Numbered from the whole stretch's first letter, positions 13,597 to 24,687 are shown. The stretch: 49,305 nucleotides of DNA, filler included, from Catajapyx aquilonaris (GCA_000934665.2; 2 parts of 2 records of this genome joined end to end with filler, not necessarily neighbours in it), one strand, 5' to 3'. The notes: a model not told the origin generated them from the sequence alone. Made by a program: numbers and translations.

Positions 13597-15854
13597 ATGT
13601 GCCAGGCGAAATGGGCCATTTTTATCCAGCTGTTTTTCATGGGTAGGTTTACCAAACTCTTTTTTTCAGTTGTACGCTATATTTTCCACATTGATTTCCT
13701 GTTTCAATCCTTACCATGAAGCGACCGGAATAAGTCTACAGCAGCAGATAGTTCCGTCTGATTTGGTGTCACCTGTCCCAGAGTCTGTTGTGGGAGACGC
13801 CATTTCAGTTGTGATGGGCTGCATGGAACAGTTGCCAAAAGTGATAGGAAAGGACACGTTGCCTTATTACCGGGACATTATAAGGCAGATCAACGATACT
13901 CTTCAGTGGGCAGTCCGTATTGAACTAGTGCTGAATGATCGAGTGTGTTATGGTCAGTGTTGCCTTGAAAAGGTTTTCAGCTCTACGTGAATAATCGCGT
14001 TTGATTTCAGATGAACTAGGATGTTTCAACAAGAGCCTCTCAAAATATCTGGTCTACCTCCCTTCAAACAACACTGAAACCAAATTCTTCCTGGTGACTT
14101 CATCCAATCCCGATAAAATGACCAAGTTGTCGTACACAGACAGAAACACAATCAAGAAGAGCGATTTCGCATCCAGGAAATGCAAGACTGTCGTTTTAGT
14201 GTACGGATACCGCGAAACCCTTGAGACGGCCCAGTGGATGAGAGGCGTTAGAAAAGCTCTTTTTAGAAGGGTATGTAAACATTGAGACGAATACAATCAC
14301 GCAATCCTAAGATTTAGAATATATTGAATATGGATTAAAGTCACAAGCTGGCTATTATATTTTGCTTCCAGGAGAAATGTGTCAACGTGATAATAGTGGA
14401 CTGGAACAGATTTCGGGATCTGAACTATTTGAAGGTGGCAGTCAACGCAGAGCTGGTGGGTCGCCGATTAGCCAGACTCATAAAGCTGTTGGTGGACTCC
14501 AAGGGCGCAAAAGCATCAGACTTTCACTTAATAGGCTTCAGTCTAGGGGCACATATAGCAGGGCTTGCAGGAAACTACGCCAGAGAAACGTTTGGTCTAC
14601 TCATCGGCCGCATATCTGGTATCGGTTGATTCGGCTTGCAATGTGCACAGCATTTTGCAAATGCTTATTTAATTCTTCTCCATAGCTTTAGATCCAGCTG
14701 CACCGGGATTTTGCTTCTTGGAAGTACTGGGACCAGGAGACCGTCTGAACAAAAACAGTGCCAAATTTGTGGATGTGATACACACCAATTCGGGAAGGTT
14801 GATTAAAAATCAAATGAGCTGCGAGATCCTCCTCGGACACGTGGACTTCTTCCCAAACGGTGGACAAGTCCAGCCGTTCTGCGATAAAAATGCGACTGGT
14901 AATAACAAATTGCGAAAAACATATTTGGCTGTTATTTTATATTATTTTTGCATCCAATACTTCCAGACGAAAATTTTGCTTGCAACCATGGAATGAGCAC
15001 AGTCTACTACATATATAGCATAAATAGCACCGACAATGATTGCAAGTTCAAGTCATACCCGGCCAGGTACAACAGTGTGTTCAAGAAGTATCTGGACGGA
15101 AACAACTTCACATGCACCATAAACGGAAGCTATCAGTGCAGCGAGATGGGATACAACTCCATCAAATATCCTGATGGAACTGGGAAGCAGTATCTCCTCA
15201 CCTTAGCCAGCAGTCCATTTGTCGGTCAGAAGCACGTTTATTTATTCAACGAAAAAGTTATAGCCGATTAATTACACATCGTTCTTATTCTCCTGTCAGG
15301 TTCGCAATTTCACTTTGATTTTACGCTCGACCAGTCGCTTCCCCAGAGAATTATTACCTTTCTGAGCGGGGTTTTTTCATCGCAGCTGATGGATTTATTT
15401 GGGCAAGTCATGCGTCACATTTTCATGTGCTAGTACACGTGATAGGACTGGACACCTCCCAGTATAAGTAATTAATAAGTTTTCCTTCCTTGCAGAAAGC
15501 CTGGTAAAAGTAGTTTGGTTGCAGTGACTGAATGCGTTGACACGTATTCCCAAGGTGAGAAGGTAGCCAAAGCGGTGTCCGAAATTGAAGGAATTAAGAA
15601 TCTAACAATGACCGACCAATCGGGACAAATGTAAGTTGAACATTCAAAGTTATGGAATGGAAACTCAACGTATAAGAAACGCCACCAAATTCTTTGTACA
15701 TTGCAGAATATACTTTTGTAACTCTACTGACGAGGATGGTGCCAGCAACAGTGTCAAACAGGTGGACAATATAAACGTTACCCCCAGTAACCGACCATGT
15801 GGAGAGAAGGAACCCGAAAAGCATAAAAGCTGGTTCAGAAAAATATTCGGCTGA
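13597..15854 (+). CDS. Secreted pancreatic-lipase-family protein, paralog 3
   Basis: 9 exons: 13597-13642, 13722-13952, 14011-14270, 14372-14618 (GFSLG), 14686-14898 ([16 protein letters not shown]), 14967-15224 (CNH), 15300-15402 (GC donor), 15496-15630, 15707-15854. AATAAA at 15861. Confidence 0.9.
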
Positions 15855-16039
15855 GAATTTAATAAAATTAAAATGAAATACATCACAACAATGTTATAGA
15901 AAAGTGTTTTTTTCACTGATTTACAGCCACATGTAATCGATTATTGACTTAATTCTAGTCAAGAGGTGAAAGAAAGACTAATGCTCCAGTTTTGTATGGA
16001 TGTGATCAAACTATACAGTAATTAAAAGCCAGTCATTCC

Positions 16040-16170
16040 CATTCCCTGCAGAAAGCCTGAATTAAATAATACGTTTTGTTGCCAGTGACTGAATACACAA
16101 GGTGAGAATAAAGTAGCCAAAGAGGCGACCGACATTCAAGGAGACTATAACAATGTCAGACCCAAGCAAG
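16040..16170 (+). pseudogene. Degenerate orphan copy of lipase-3 exon 8
   Basis: TGCAGAAAGCCTG...CAGTGACTGAAT...CAAGGTGAGAA..GTAGCCAAAG matches 15491-15620 with indels and stops. Confidence 0.7.
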
Positions 16171-16436
16171 GTCAAGGGCACCATAAACACCCGCCATGTG
16201 GAAATTGCACCAGCAGCTAGGCCAGATGTGATTGGTGACAATGGGCCAGAACACAAAATGCCACTTGCATCAGGCTCATTGTCAATGTTCATCGTCATGA
16301 ACAACTACAAGATGATGAGCAGCAGGCATGTGTGACAGGTACTCCATGCACTGCATCAGGATTTCAGTCGCATATATCCCACACTTGGGTGGGAATACAC
16401 TTGAGTACAGCACTCACAGAATTTGTGGTGGTGACG

Positions 16437-18816
16437 ATGAAAGGATTTATATTTCTCTGTCACTTTCGTAAGCTTTACTAATATTATCATTTTGTGCAGC
16501 TTTTGTTTTAAATACCAAACAGTTATTCGAGCATTTCTTGTTTATTACAATAAGTCACTCTGTGCGCAATGAGTCAACAATTGGACCTTATACCAAGTTG
16601 GATTTCGGACAAATTTCTGCCAGACATTTCGACACTGCTAACTGGAATGCTGGGCCAGTTTCCTGCCACCCTTCCGAACACCACTCTGCCATTTTACGCA
16701 ACTATTTTGCGACAGTTCATCGGCGCCTTAAGAGATGCAACTACTGATGCAAGTCTAATGCTGGCAGACAAAAAATGCTACCGTACGTATTTGTCATATA
16801 TATTTAATGATTATATTTATCAAAACAAGGGTTTCGTCAATGTCAGCAAGATATTTCAAGTTCAGAAAGAACTGTAAAACAACTCCTGTGCAATATGCTT
16901 ATGTTTCAATGATGAGTTCACACGGATTATAAAATCGCGAATGTATATCCACATTACAGCTATGGTTGGCTGCTTCGAGAAAACATTGTCGAGCTACTTG
17001 ATTGGTGTTCCTTCAAATGAATATAAAACCAGGTTTCTCCTAAGCACTTCATCCGATCCTGATGCTACAGAAGAACTAGTGCACACTGACAATAAGACTG
17101 TACAAAACTGCACACTTCTGCCAAATTGCACAACTTTCTTCCTCATATACGGATTTCAGGAGGCTGCAACTTCACCATGGATAGGCGACATGAGGACTAC
17201 GATTTTTAATAAGGTATCACTCGAGCAATATTCCTGGCATCCTGGTACATTTTATTATTTCATAATTATACAACGTGGTACATTGTACAATATGATTATG
17301 CATTTCAGAATCCCTGTGCTAATGTAATAATAGTGGACTGGAACAGTGAGAAAAACCCAAATTACGTTCGCCTGGTCATCAGAGCAGAGCTCAGTGGTCG
17401 CAGGACTGCAGTAATTATGGCATTACTGGCCGAGTTAAAGGGGGCCAACAGTACACAGTTTCATGTCATAGGATTCAGTCTGGGAGCACAGATTGCCGGG
17501 TATGCTGGGAAATACTTGAAGGAGCGGTTTGGCAACACCATTGGTCGCATATCTGGTATTTATACAATATCGTGGCATAAAGGAAACCCTCTGTACACAC
17601 TTTTACAGCCTTATGTAACACAAAGTATTTTATTACACCGGATAGCACTGGATCCAGCTGCTCCAGGATTCTGCACCTTGCCGGAGACATCGGCTGGTTA
17701 TCACTTGCAAAAAGAATTTGCAGACGTGGTAGATGTGATCCACACTAATTCTGGAAGGTTGGTCAGAAATCAAATGAGCTGTATGGATCCCCTGGGACAC
17801 GTCGATTTCTATCCTAATGGCGGCCAGGCCCAACCATACTGCACACCAGAAATACTGAAAGGTATAATTCAAGAGTAGGCTACTTATAATTGAGTTAATA
17901 TTGGCCACGTAATGATGCACAAAAAAAAATTTACAGTTATGCCTCACTGCAGTCATACGATGGCCCATATTTACTACATGTACAGCATTAGCAGCACGAC
18001 CCAAGACTGCAGGTTTAAATCGTTTCCTGCAAAGAATAAAGCTACTTTCAGCGACTTCACAGAAGGAAAGTACTTCACATGCACATCAGGAAAACACGGA
18101 TGCAGCGAAATGGGTTACAATTCCATCAACTACACTGGCACTGGAAAGCAATACCTAGTCCCCTGGAAGGATATTCCATACATTGGTATAATATAACAAG
18201 CACTTAGATGTGATTCTCACCTCTGAGAGTTGAATCCGCAAACTTCACTCTATACTTCAGGTTCGCAATTTCTCTTCGAATTGACGTCGGAGGGACCTGA
18301 GAGAAAAGTTCCAATTCAGCTAATCAATGGCAACGTTGCATCGAGCATCATGAATTTAACTCTGCAAGTTTTGTTATATGTTAACAGCAAGTTGTTAGAA
18401 TTATTTCCATTACACATTTTTTCAGAGGGGTTGATGGTTCCGACCATTTGGTCGCCGCCAGCAAGTGCGTGGACTTGGATTTTACTGCTGGGAGTATTAC
18501 AGCATTCATCAAATCGCATGCAGGTCTTAAAAGATTGGCTGTAACTGACCAAGAGGATAATGGGCCGTAAGTTATATTGCCATTTTGTTTTATGCATGCA
18601 AATGTGCATTAATTGGTTGTTTCATTGCCCAAGTTACGATATGTCTTTGCAGAAGCGGAAACAGGTGTTAAAAAAGAAGCAACCTGCTTCCCTTGTGCAG
18701 TATTATTATAATTACGAACTACTTTTCATTACAGACTTTACTACTGCAATGGGACAAACGTGAGACGCAACAGAAATGGCAACTCTACACTGCAACTCAC
18801 CAGCAGTAAATGTTAG
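16437..18816 (+). CDS. Secreted pancreatic-lipase-family protein, paralog 4
   Basis: 9 exons: 16437-~16467, 16555-16782, 16960-17213, 17309-17555 (GFSLG), 17646-17861 (LDPAAP, GHVDFYPNGG), 17937-18185 (CSH), 18261-18363 (GC donor), 18426-18566, 18735-18816. Confidence 0.88.
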
Positions 18817-19561
18817 AGTAAGAATCACTAAATCAAGATTCGATACATTATTAGCCATATAATGGGGAAAAGTAAAACGAAATTGTTCTTATTTTTTAAA
18901 AATAATTTAAAGATATGGGCATAATATACGAATCATATGTAATACCATATAATTGTCGTCGACACGAATACGAACTTAATAAAACATTAATTAAAGTAAT
19001 GTGCTGGTCCCCTGCTGTACATTTAATGGCATTTGTGACTTATACAATGATCGTGCTTGTGACACACATGCCGTCTGGAATCAAATAATAGAAGAAAATG
19101 TGGCCGTAAAGCATATGACATGGTTATGTCAGCCACATAACTATTGATGCCAGATTTCAAGCAGTTGTTCTCCAAAAAGGAAAAAAAAAAATGGGGGCTG
19201 TTAGATTACAATGCAAGAAAATTACTGTACGGCACACAACCTGCTGAAACAATAGATGAAATATATTATCCAGCACAATATTGTCCCCCAGAAGAAATTA
19301 TATCATTGTCATCTCTGCTTGTTGCCATTTGTGTCGGTGGAACAAATGGTTCAAAATAGCTTTTATCCGCTCCCCTATCGGTCCTAATTATATTTGTGAT
19401 TTTTCATCATATTTATTTTAATATTTTTGTAGACCGCGAATAAGTCCCTTTTATTTTTATAAGAAGCGCACAACTGTATTAAAATCATATTCACTAGAGA
19501 GAAGAAAAAAAAACGTCGCTTCGTTCGAATTTTTCTTGTCAAATATTAATATTTGAACTTA

Positions 19562-19580
19562 CCGCCACGTGTGACGTCAT
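19562..19580. promoter_or_regulatory. Adjacent E-box (CACGTG) and CRE (TGACGTCA) ~200 bp upstream of Nup35
   Basis: CCGCCACGTGTGACGTCAT in AT-rich upstream sequence; motif match only. Confidence 0.35.
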
Positions 19581-19782
19581 AGCACCAACATGGTGAATAT
19601 CACAAAATTTCGCATTTTTTTCCTCCCTTAAATTAATTCATATTAATTTATTTAAATCATTTTAAAGCCATAAACTATTTGGTAATTAACTAGCCTCTGG
19701 CGGAGGTGTCGCCGCCTGGTGTCACACATTTTATTGTTTGAAATACTTTCCTTCTTGTCCGTTGCCGACTTTTTTCCTCCTA

Positions 19783-20893
19783 ATGGAGCCAATGAGCCTA
19801 GGTTCGCCCGTGGGCGGCCCCGGGGCGGCAGGGGCATCCCCGATGCAGCAGCAGCAGCCCCAGCAGCAGCCCCAGCCGCAGCAGTACCTCCCTCCCTACC
19901 TGATGGGAGAGACCTCGCCCACCGCTGGCTCTCCGCAGACCACGGTTGGGTTCACAAATTAATTAATAATTAATAATTAACACTAATTGTACCAATTCCC
20001 AGGCAAGTCCTCGTGGCTTCCATATGAGTCCCAGCAAAGACCAGGCGTCGTCCCAGACGTACTTGCTCCTCCGCACTCCCAGGCAGTCCGTTGGGCAGTC
20101 TCCGAGGGTTGCGTCCATCGGCGAGAAGCACCATCACCACCACCACCACGGAGGGCCTCCCACCAAGTCGCTCTTCCAGGGAGGCAGGCCCTCGCCTATC
20201 ACGCCCATGTCCGCACCTGCCACGCCCTCCTTCTACTCTCCTGGCCCGCCCATGCCGCCCATGGACACCACCACTTTGGACTCATCCCGCGCTGAAGGGA
20301 CCACCACCGCATGGGTCACCGTCTTCGGGTTCCCGCCCAGCGCTGCCTCGTTTGTGCTCCAGCAGTTTAGCGGGTACGGAACCGTGGTGGAGCGTCGACC
20401 GGGGGCAACCCCTGGGTCCAACTGGATGCATCTCAGATACGCAACGCCGCTGCAGGCACACCGGGCGTTGTCGAAGAACGGGAGGATCTTCGGCGGGTCT
20501 GTCATGGTCGGAGTTGTGCCGTACCATCCGCAGGTTCGTGCGCATTGTATCCGTAGCCTGCTGTCAATAATTTAATCCTTTCCACAGGGTGCACCGGATG
20601 ACTCGCAGAAGGAGAACGTGTTTCCATCGTGGAGTAGGATCGAGTCCCCGATAGATTCAACCACTCTTTTGGACGAGGGAAGCCCGCTGACTGGCATGAG
20701 GCCACTGACTCAAGCTTATGAAGTATCGCGGGCAGAGCATGAGGTACATATTCCCTGGTCACTTTGGACCTTCAATTTGCCATCTTTGTACTTAATATTG
20801 TTTTAATCATTACAGGTTGTTCAAAAGTCGCAGACTCCGCGCAAGAGCACGAGTGTCGTGTCCAAAGCCATGGAGTATGTGTTTGGGTGGTGA
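19783..20893 (+). CDS. NUP35: Nucleoporin Nup35/Nup53
   Basis: Exons 19783-19944, 20003-20533, 20588-20743, 20816-20893. MEPMSLGSP start, YLPPYLMG motif, PPTKSL, RRM WVTVFGFPP...NWMHLRY...ALSKNG..FG..MVGV, C-terminal SKAMEYVFGW. Confidence 0.95.
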
Positions 20894-21351
20894 CCAAGGC
20901 ACGTTGCGATTTTATGGAATTTTGTATGACTGAAATCATTAAAGGTTGACCTTCCAGTTGTTTCCATGCGTCTTTTCATTCCGGACCTTATCATTTTGCA
21001 AGAATTCCAGCAACTTTGGAAGAACCAATAAACTTGATGGAATGCCTTCATTTTGACCCATGGCATGAACACTAATTATGTCATTTGACCTTTAGCCGAC
21101 ACTTGGCAATTTGTTAGGGATATGGCCACATTTGCATATTAGCTGCTTAATCAGCAATCGCTGAGTAATGTTTGGGGAGAAACGCGATTGTTACTTTCAC
21201 ACCAAACAATTGGGATTCATTGCTCATGTAAACGCAGCCTAAAGTGAGTGCAACACACTTGTTACCGAGCATTGCCATTGACGTACAAACAAATTATGAT
21301 GACACCTAGCAACAGAAATATTCCAATAAAAGGTTAATCTGGTTACAGAAA

Positions 21352-22390
21352 ATGGATCGCAAGCTGACGGTACGTATGCGTACATGAGCAAACGTGTTCT
21401 CAATCTTGCGTGAATACTTGTGTTTCTTTCAGTTAAGCCCTGGAGGCTTCCACTTGAGTCCAACTGAACCAGACCCGAGTCCATCCCGGACATACATAAC
21501 CTTCGACACCCCAAGACCAACTGATGGCCAGTCATCCCACGTGACGTACATGGGAGGAAGGTTCCATCGCTGCCGTGGCAAACCCCCAATCAAGTCCCTC
21601 TTCCCAAACGAGTCCTCGCCGACCACTCCTTACACTCCTTACTACGCTCCTGGAACACCTTCCATTCAGGGGCTACCTCTGGACCCAACCGTCCTGGATT
21701 CATCCTGCTCTCCAAGGCTTCCTTCTACGTGGGTGACGGTGTTCGGTTTTCCACCCGGCGGCTTGAAGTTTGTGCTCCATGAGTTTGAAGGGTGTGGTAG
21801 CATGATGGAGTATCGAACCGGCGCTGCACCGAGAGCCAACTGGATGCACCTGAGATACGCAACACCTGAGCAGGCCTGCCGAGCACTGTCCAAGAATGCC
21901 AAGGTCTTGGGTGGGTCCATGATGGTCGGGGTTATGCCATACTATCCAGAGGTACGCACATCATTTTAGTTGTCTGTCGAGTATAATGCATCGATTTCAT
22001 CTGCAGGGTCCACCAAATGATTCCCAGAAGGTGAATCTGTTTCCATCGTTGGATGGAAACAAATCCCATTTCCATCCATCCCTCTTTCGTGAAGGAGGCC
22101 CATTGGCTAGACTGAGGCCATTGATGCAATCGCAGGAGGCGGCGCCTGCCAAAAGCGAGGTGCAGTACATGGGGGATGTTCTTTCTTGTTTCGTTTTAAC
22201 ATTACAGAGGAACCCAGGGATAATTTTTTTGCATTACTTCCACTGCTCTCAAAGGGGATTCCATAACCTTCATTTACAGGTTTTTCTTATCAATTTCTTA
22301 TCGAATCAGCAGGTTACTCAGAAGGTACTGCCTCCGCAGAGGAGCACGAGTATCATATCCAAAGCCATGGACTACGTGTTTCAGAGGTGA
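21352..22390 (+). CDS. Diverged tandem Nup35 paralog (N-terminally truncated; start uncertain)
   Basis: Exons 21352-21369 (MDRKLT), 21433-21951, 22007-22159, 22313-22390. Same intron positions and phases as Nup35; RRM intact; ends SKAMDYVFQR; no stops. Confidence 0.8.
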
Positions 22391-22921
22391 CTTGCGCATG
22401 TTGTGATTTTGTGTAATCATTCTTGACCGAATTAAAATTTCACCTTCCAGTTCTTGCGTTATTTTCTGATTAGCAAGATTGGTTCCAGTACGAGGGCATG
22501 CCAATTGCTGCTGTCAGAGAAGATTTTGAATGTCATGCTGACAAAACATGTTGACTATTTTCACGTGACGGCATAAAATACATCAGATACATAATGTTTT
22601 TCCCCCATCACCTTAACTGTATTAAATTAATGAGTTGCACAAACGAATCGGGAAATAATACAGCCTCCACTACAATACCAACTTCTGCATCACAAATGCA
22701 GAACAACCGCAAATACACAAAATCCACATGAACACATTATTCAAAAAACAACATCAACTCGGGGACAACCATAAGTTTTGAAACAAACCCCGATAAGTCC
22801 ATTTCTGTTATGGTCTAACGCTTTTTTTATATTTTATTTCTGATGCTGGATGATACAAGAGTCATGATTGTGTGTGTAAGGGGCAAATGTAAGGGAGACT
22901 TAATTCTTAGAAACCATTATT

Positions 22922-23802
22922 TTACTTGGGATCATCGAGAGAGGCAGCCCCAAGGTCGGTCATCCTTGGGAATCGGACCTTCTTACGCTCTAGCTCGTCC
23001 TGTGCCCAGAGGATAAGTTTCAACAAGGTGGCCAATCTTGGGCTTGTCGCTTCATCCTGATTCTCCTGCCTCAAAATTGCAGCGTTCAGCTCCGAGGCCA
23101 CCTTCTGGCGATGCGACGGGTGCAGCAGGTCGGCAAACGGGGATGACTCCGGCTCATCAAAAGCAAGCAGAGCCAAAGTGCGTTCCAGTTCACGAAGTAC
23201 CTGATGGTACATTGCAATTAGTACCGTTGCGCTTTCATTACTTGAATAATTCCAGCATTACTTTAGGATTCTCCTCCCCCCTCTCGCTGAGATGGTCCTG
23301 TGCGAAGGCAAGTGCCGCGTCCAGATTCCGCTGTCGAATCAGTTCAATCAGATGTTGCTGCTGTAGGTGGAAGAAGAGGTAGCGGTCTTGATCCAGCAGC
23401 TCCGGATGCAAGCGGTTAACAAGCGCAGTGGCTTCGGTGATCCGGCCGTTCTGCACAGCCTCCCGGATTCTGATGCGCTCCTCCAGCGACTCAAGAGCAA
23501 CGGACGCACGTGCGCCACACTCTGCCTCAAACTTCTCCGCCGCTTCCTTGAATCCCTCTGTCGAATAACATCAAAGGTAATTACATCTTCCTCTGTGCTC
23601 CACGTTCTTTTTATCTGACCCTCTGAACAGTACCTGTGACCAGATAGTCCATAATGAGCTTGTTCATGTCCGCTCTTTGGACCTGCAGCGATTCCAGCCT
23701 CTCCTGCCACCTCTCCTTGGACGCCTCATCCCCTCCAGACGCCGACCCTGGTCCGGACCCCGCACCGGACCCGCCAGACCCACTCTTCTCCACGAAACTC
23801 AT
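22922..23802 (-). CDS. GID8: Glucose-induced degradation protein 8 homolog (TWA1; LisH-CTLH-CRA)
   Basis: Exons 23802-23634, 23557-23262, 23200-22922. [22 protein letters not shown] (LisH), [15 protein letters not shown] (CTLH), [11 protein letters not shown]...[13 protein letters not shown] (CRA). Confidence 0.95.
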
Positions 23803-23934
23803 CGCCAAACACAAATAATACCCAATAAATTATTGTCAATCACCCTCCCGAAAGAATTCTTCAAGAACGAGCCGACATCTTGGAACACATTCGGGGTGTG
23901 ACTGGTTTGCACATTCAACGCTCACACACAACAG

Positions 23935-24372
23935 ACGCATGCGCACCATTTGTGTGCAGACCGGTGAAGGCGCATGCGTATGTCAAGCGCATTATTGAAT
24001 GTGTAAACCAGTGTCATGTACGTGCCGGCGCATGCGTATTACAAAACGCATTGAATGTTCAAACCAGTACTGGCAGGCGCACGCGTATTGTGAAGCAGAT
24101 TGAATGTTCAAACCAGTATCACGTACTGGCAGGCGCATGCGTATTGTGAAGCAGATTGAATGTGTAAATCAGCATATGTACGTGCAGGCGCATGCGCAGT
24201 TGTGTAGCTGATTGAATGTGCAAACCAGTTTCATGTACGTGCAGGCGCATGCGTATTATCAAGCGCATTATTGAATGTGCAAAGCAGAATCATGTACGTG
24301 CAGGCGCATGCGTATTGTGAAGCACATTGAATGTGCAAATCAGTATCATGTATGTGCAGGCGCATGCGCACA
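23935..24372. repeat. ~56-bp tandem minisatellite (about 7 units) with GCGCATGCG core, upstream of GID8
   Basis: Unit approximately GGCGCATGCGTATTGTGAAGCAGATTGAATGTGCAAACCAGTATCATGTACGTGCA, starting near 23969, 24027, 24076, 24132, 24187, 24244, 24303 and 24359. Confidence 0.9.
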
Positions 24373-24587
24373 TCCTAACCGGTGTGACGTCGGCCATGTT
24401 GGATTAGTGTATGCGGCCATTTTGTATCCGTGGCAGTGGACCAGTCTGGAAGAGGGGGGTGTGGGCAGGCAGAGAGACCTCCAGTGAGAGAGGGTGTGTG
24501 TGTGTTGAGAAGAGTGGGAGGCGAGGGTTGGAGAGAACGGGTGGGGCGTGTGTGTGTGTGTGTGTGGTGGAGAGATAGAAGAAGAAG

Positions 24588-24687
24588 NNNNNNNNNNNNN
24601 NNNNNNNNNNNNNNNNNNNNNNNNNNNNNNNTTAATTAATTAANNNNNNNNNNNNNNNNNNNNNNNNNNNNNNNNNNNNNNNNNNNN
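24588..24687. other. Artificial contig-joining spacer
   Basis: 44 N + TTAATTAATTAA (stops in all six frames) + 44 N = exactly 100 bp. Confidence 0.93.

Noticed and set aside
18653..18671. Alternative last exon for lipase 4 after TTTGCAG
   Set aside because: The exon at 18735-18816 matches the paralog pattern (aromatic-Cys...Cys) better; the short option is unsupported.
23935..24372. Regularly spaced repeats resembling a CRISPR array
   Set aside because: The intervening sequences are themselves repeats, the context is eukaryotic, and no cas genes are present.
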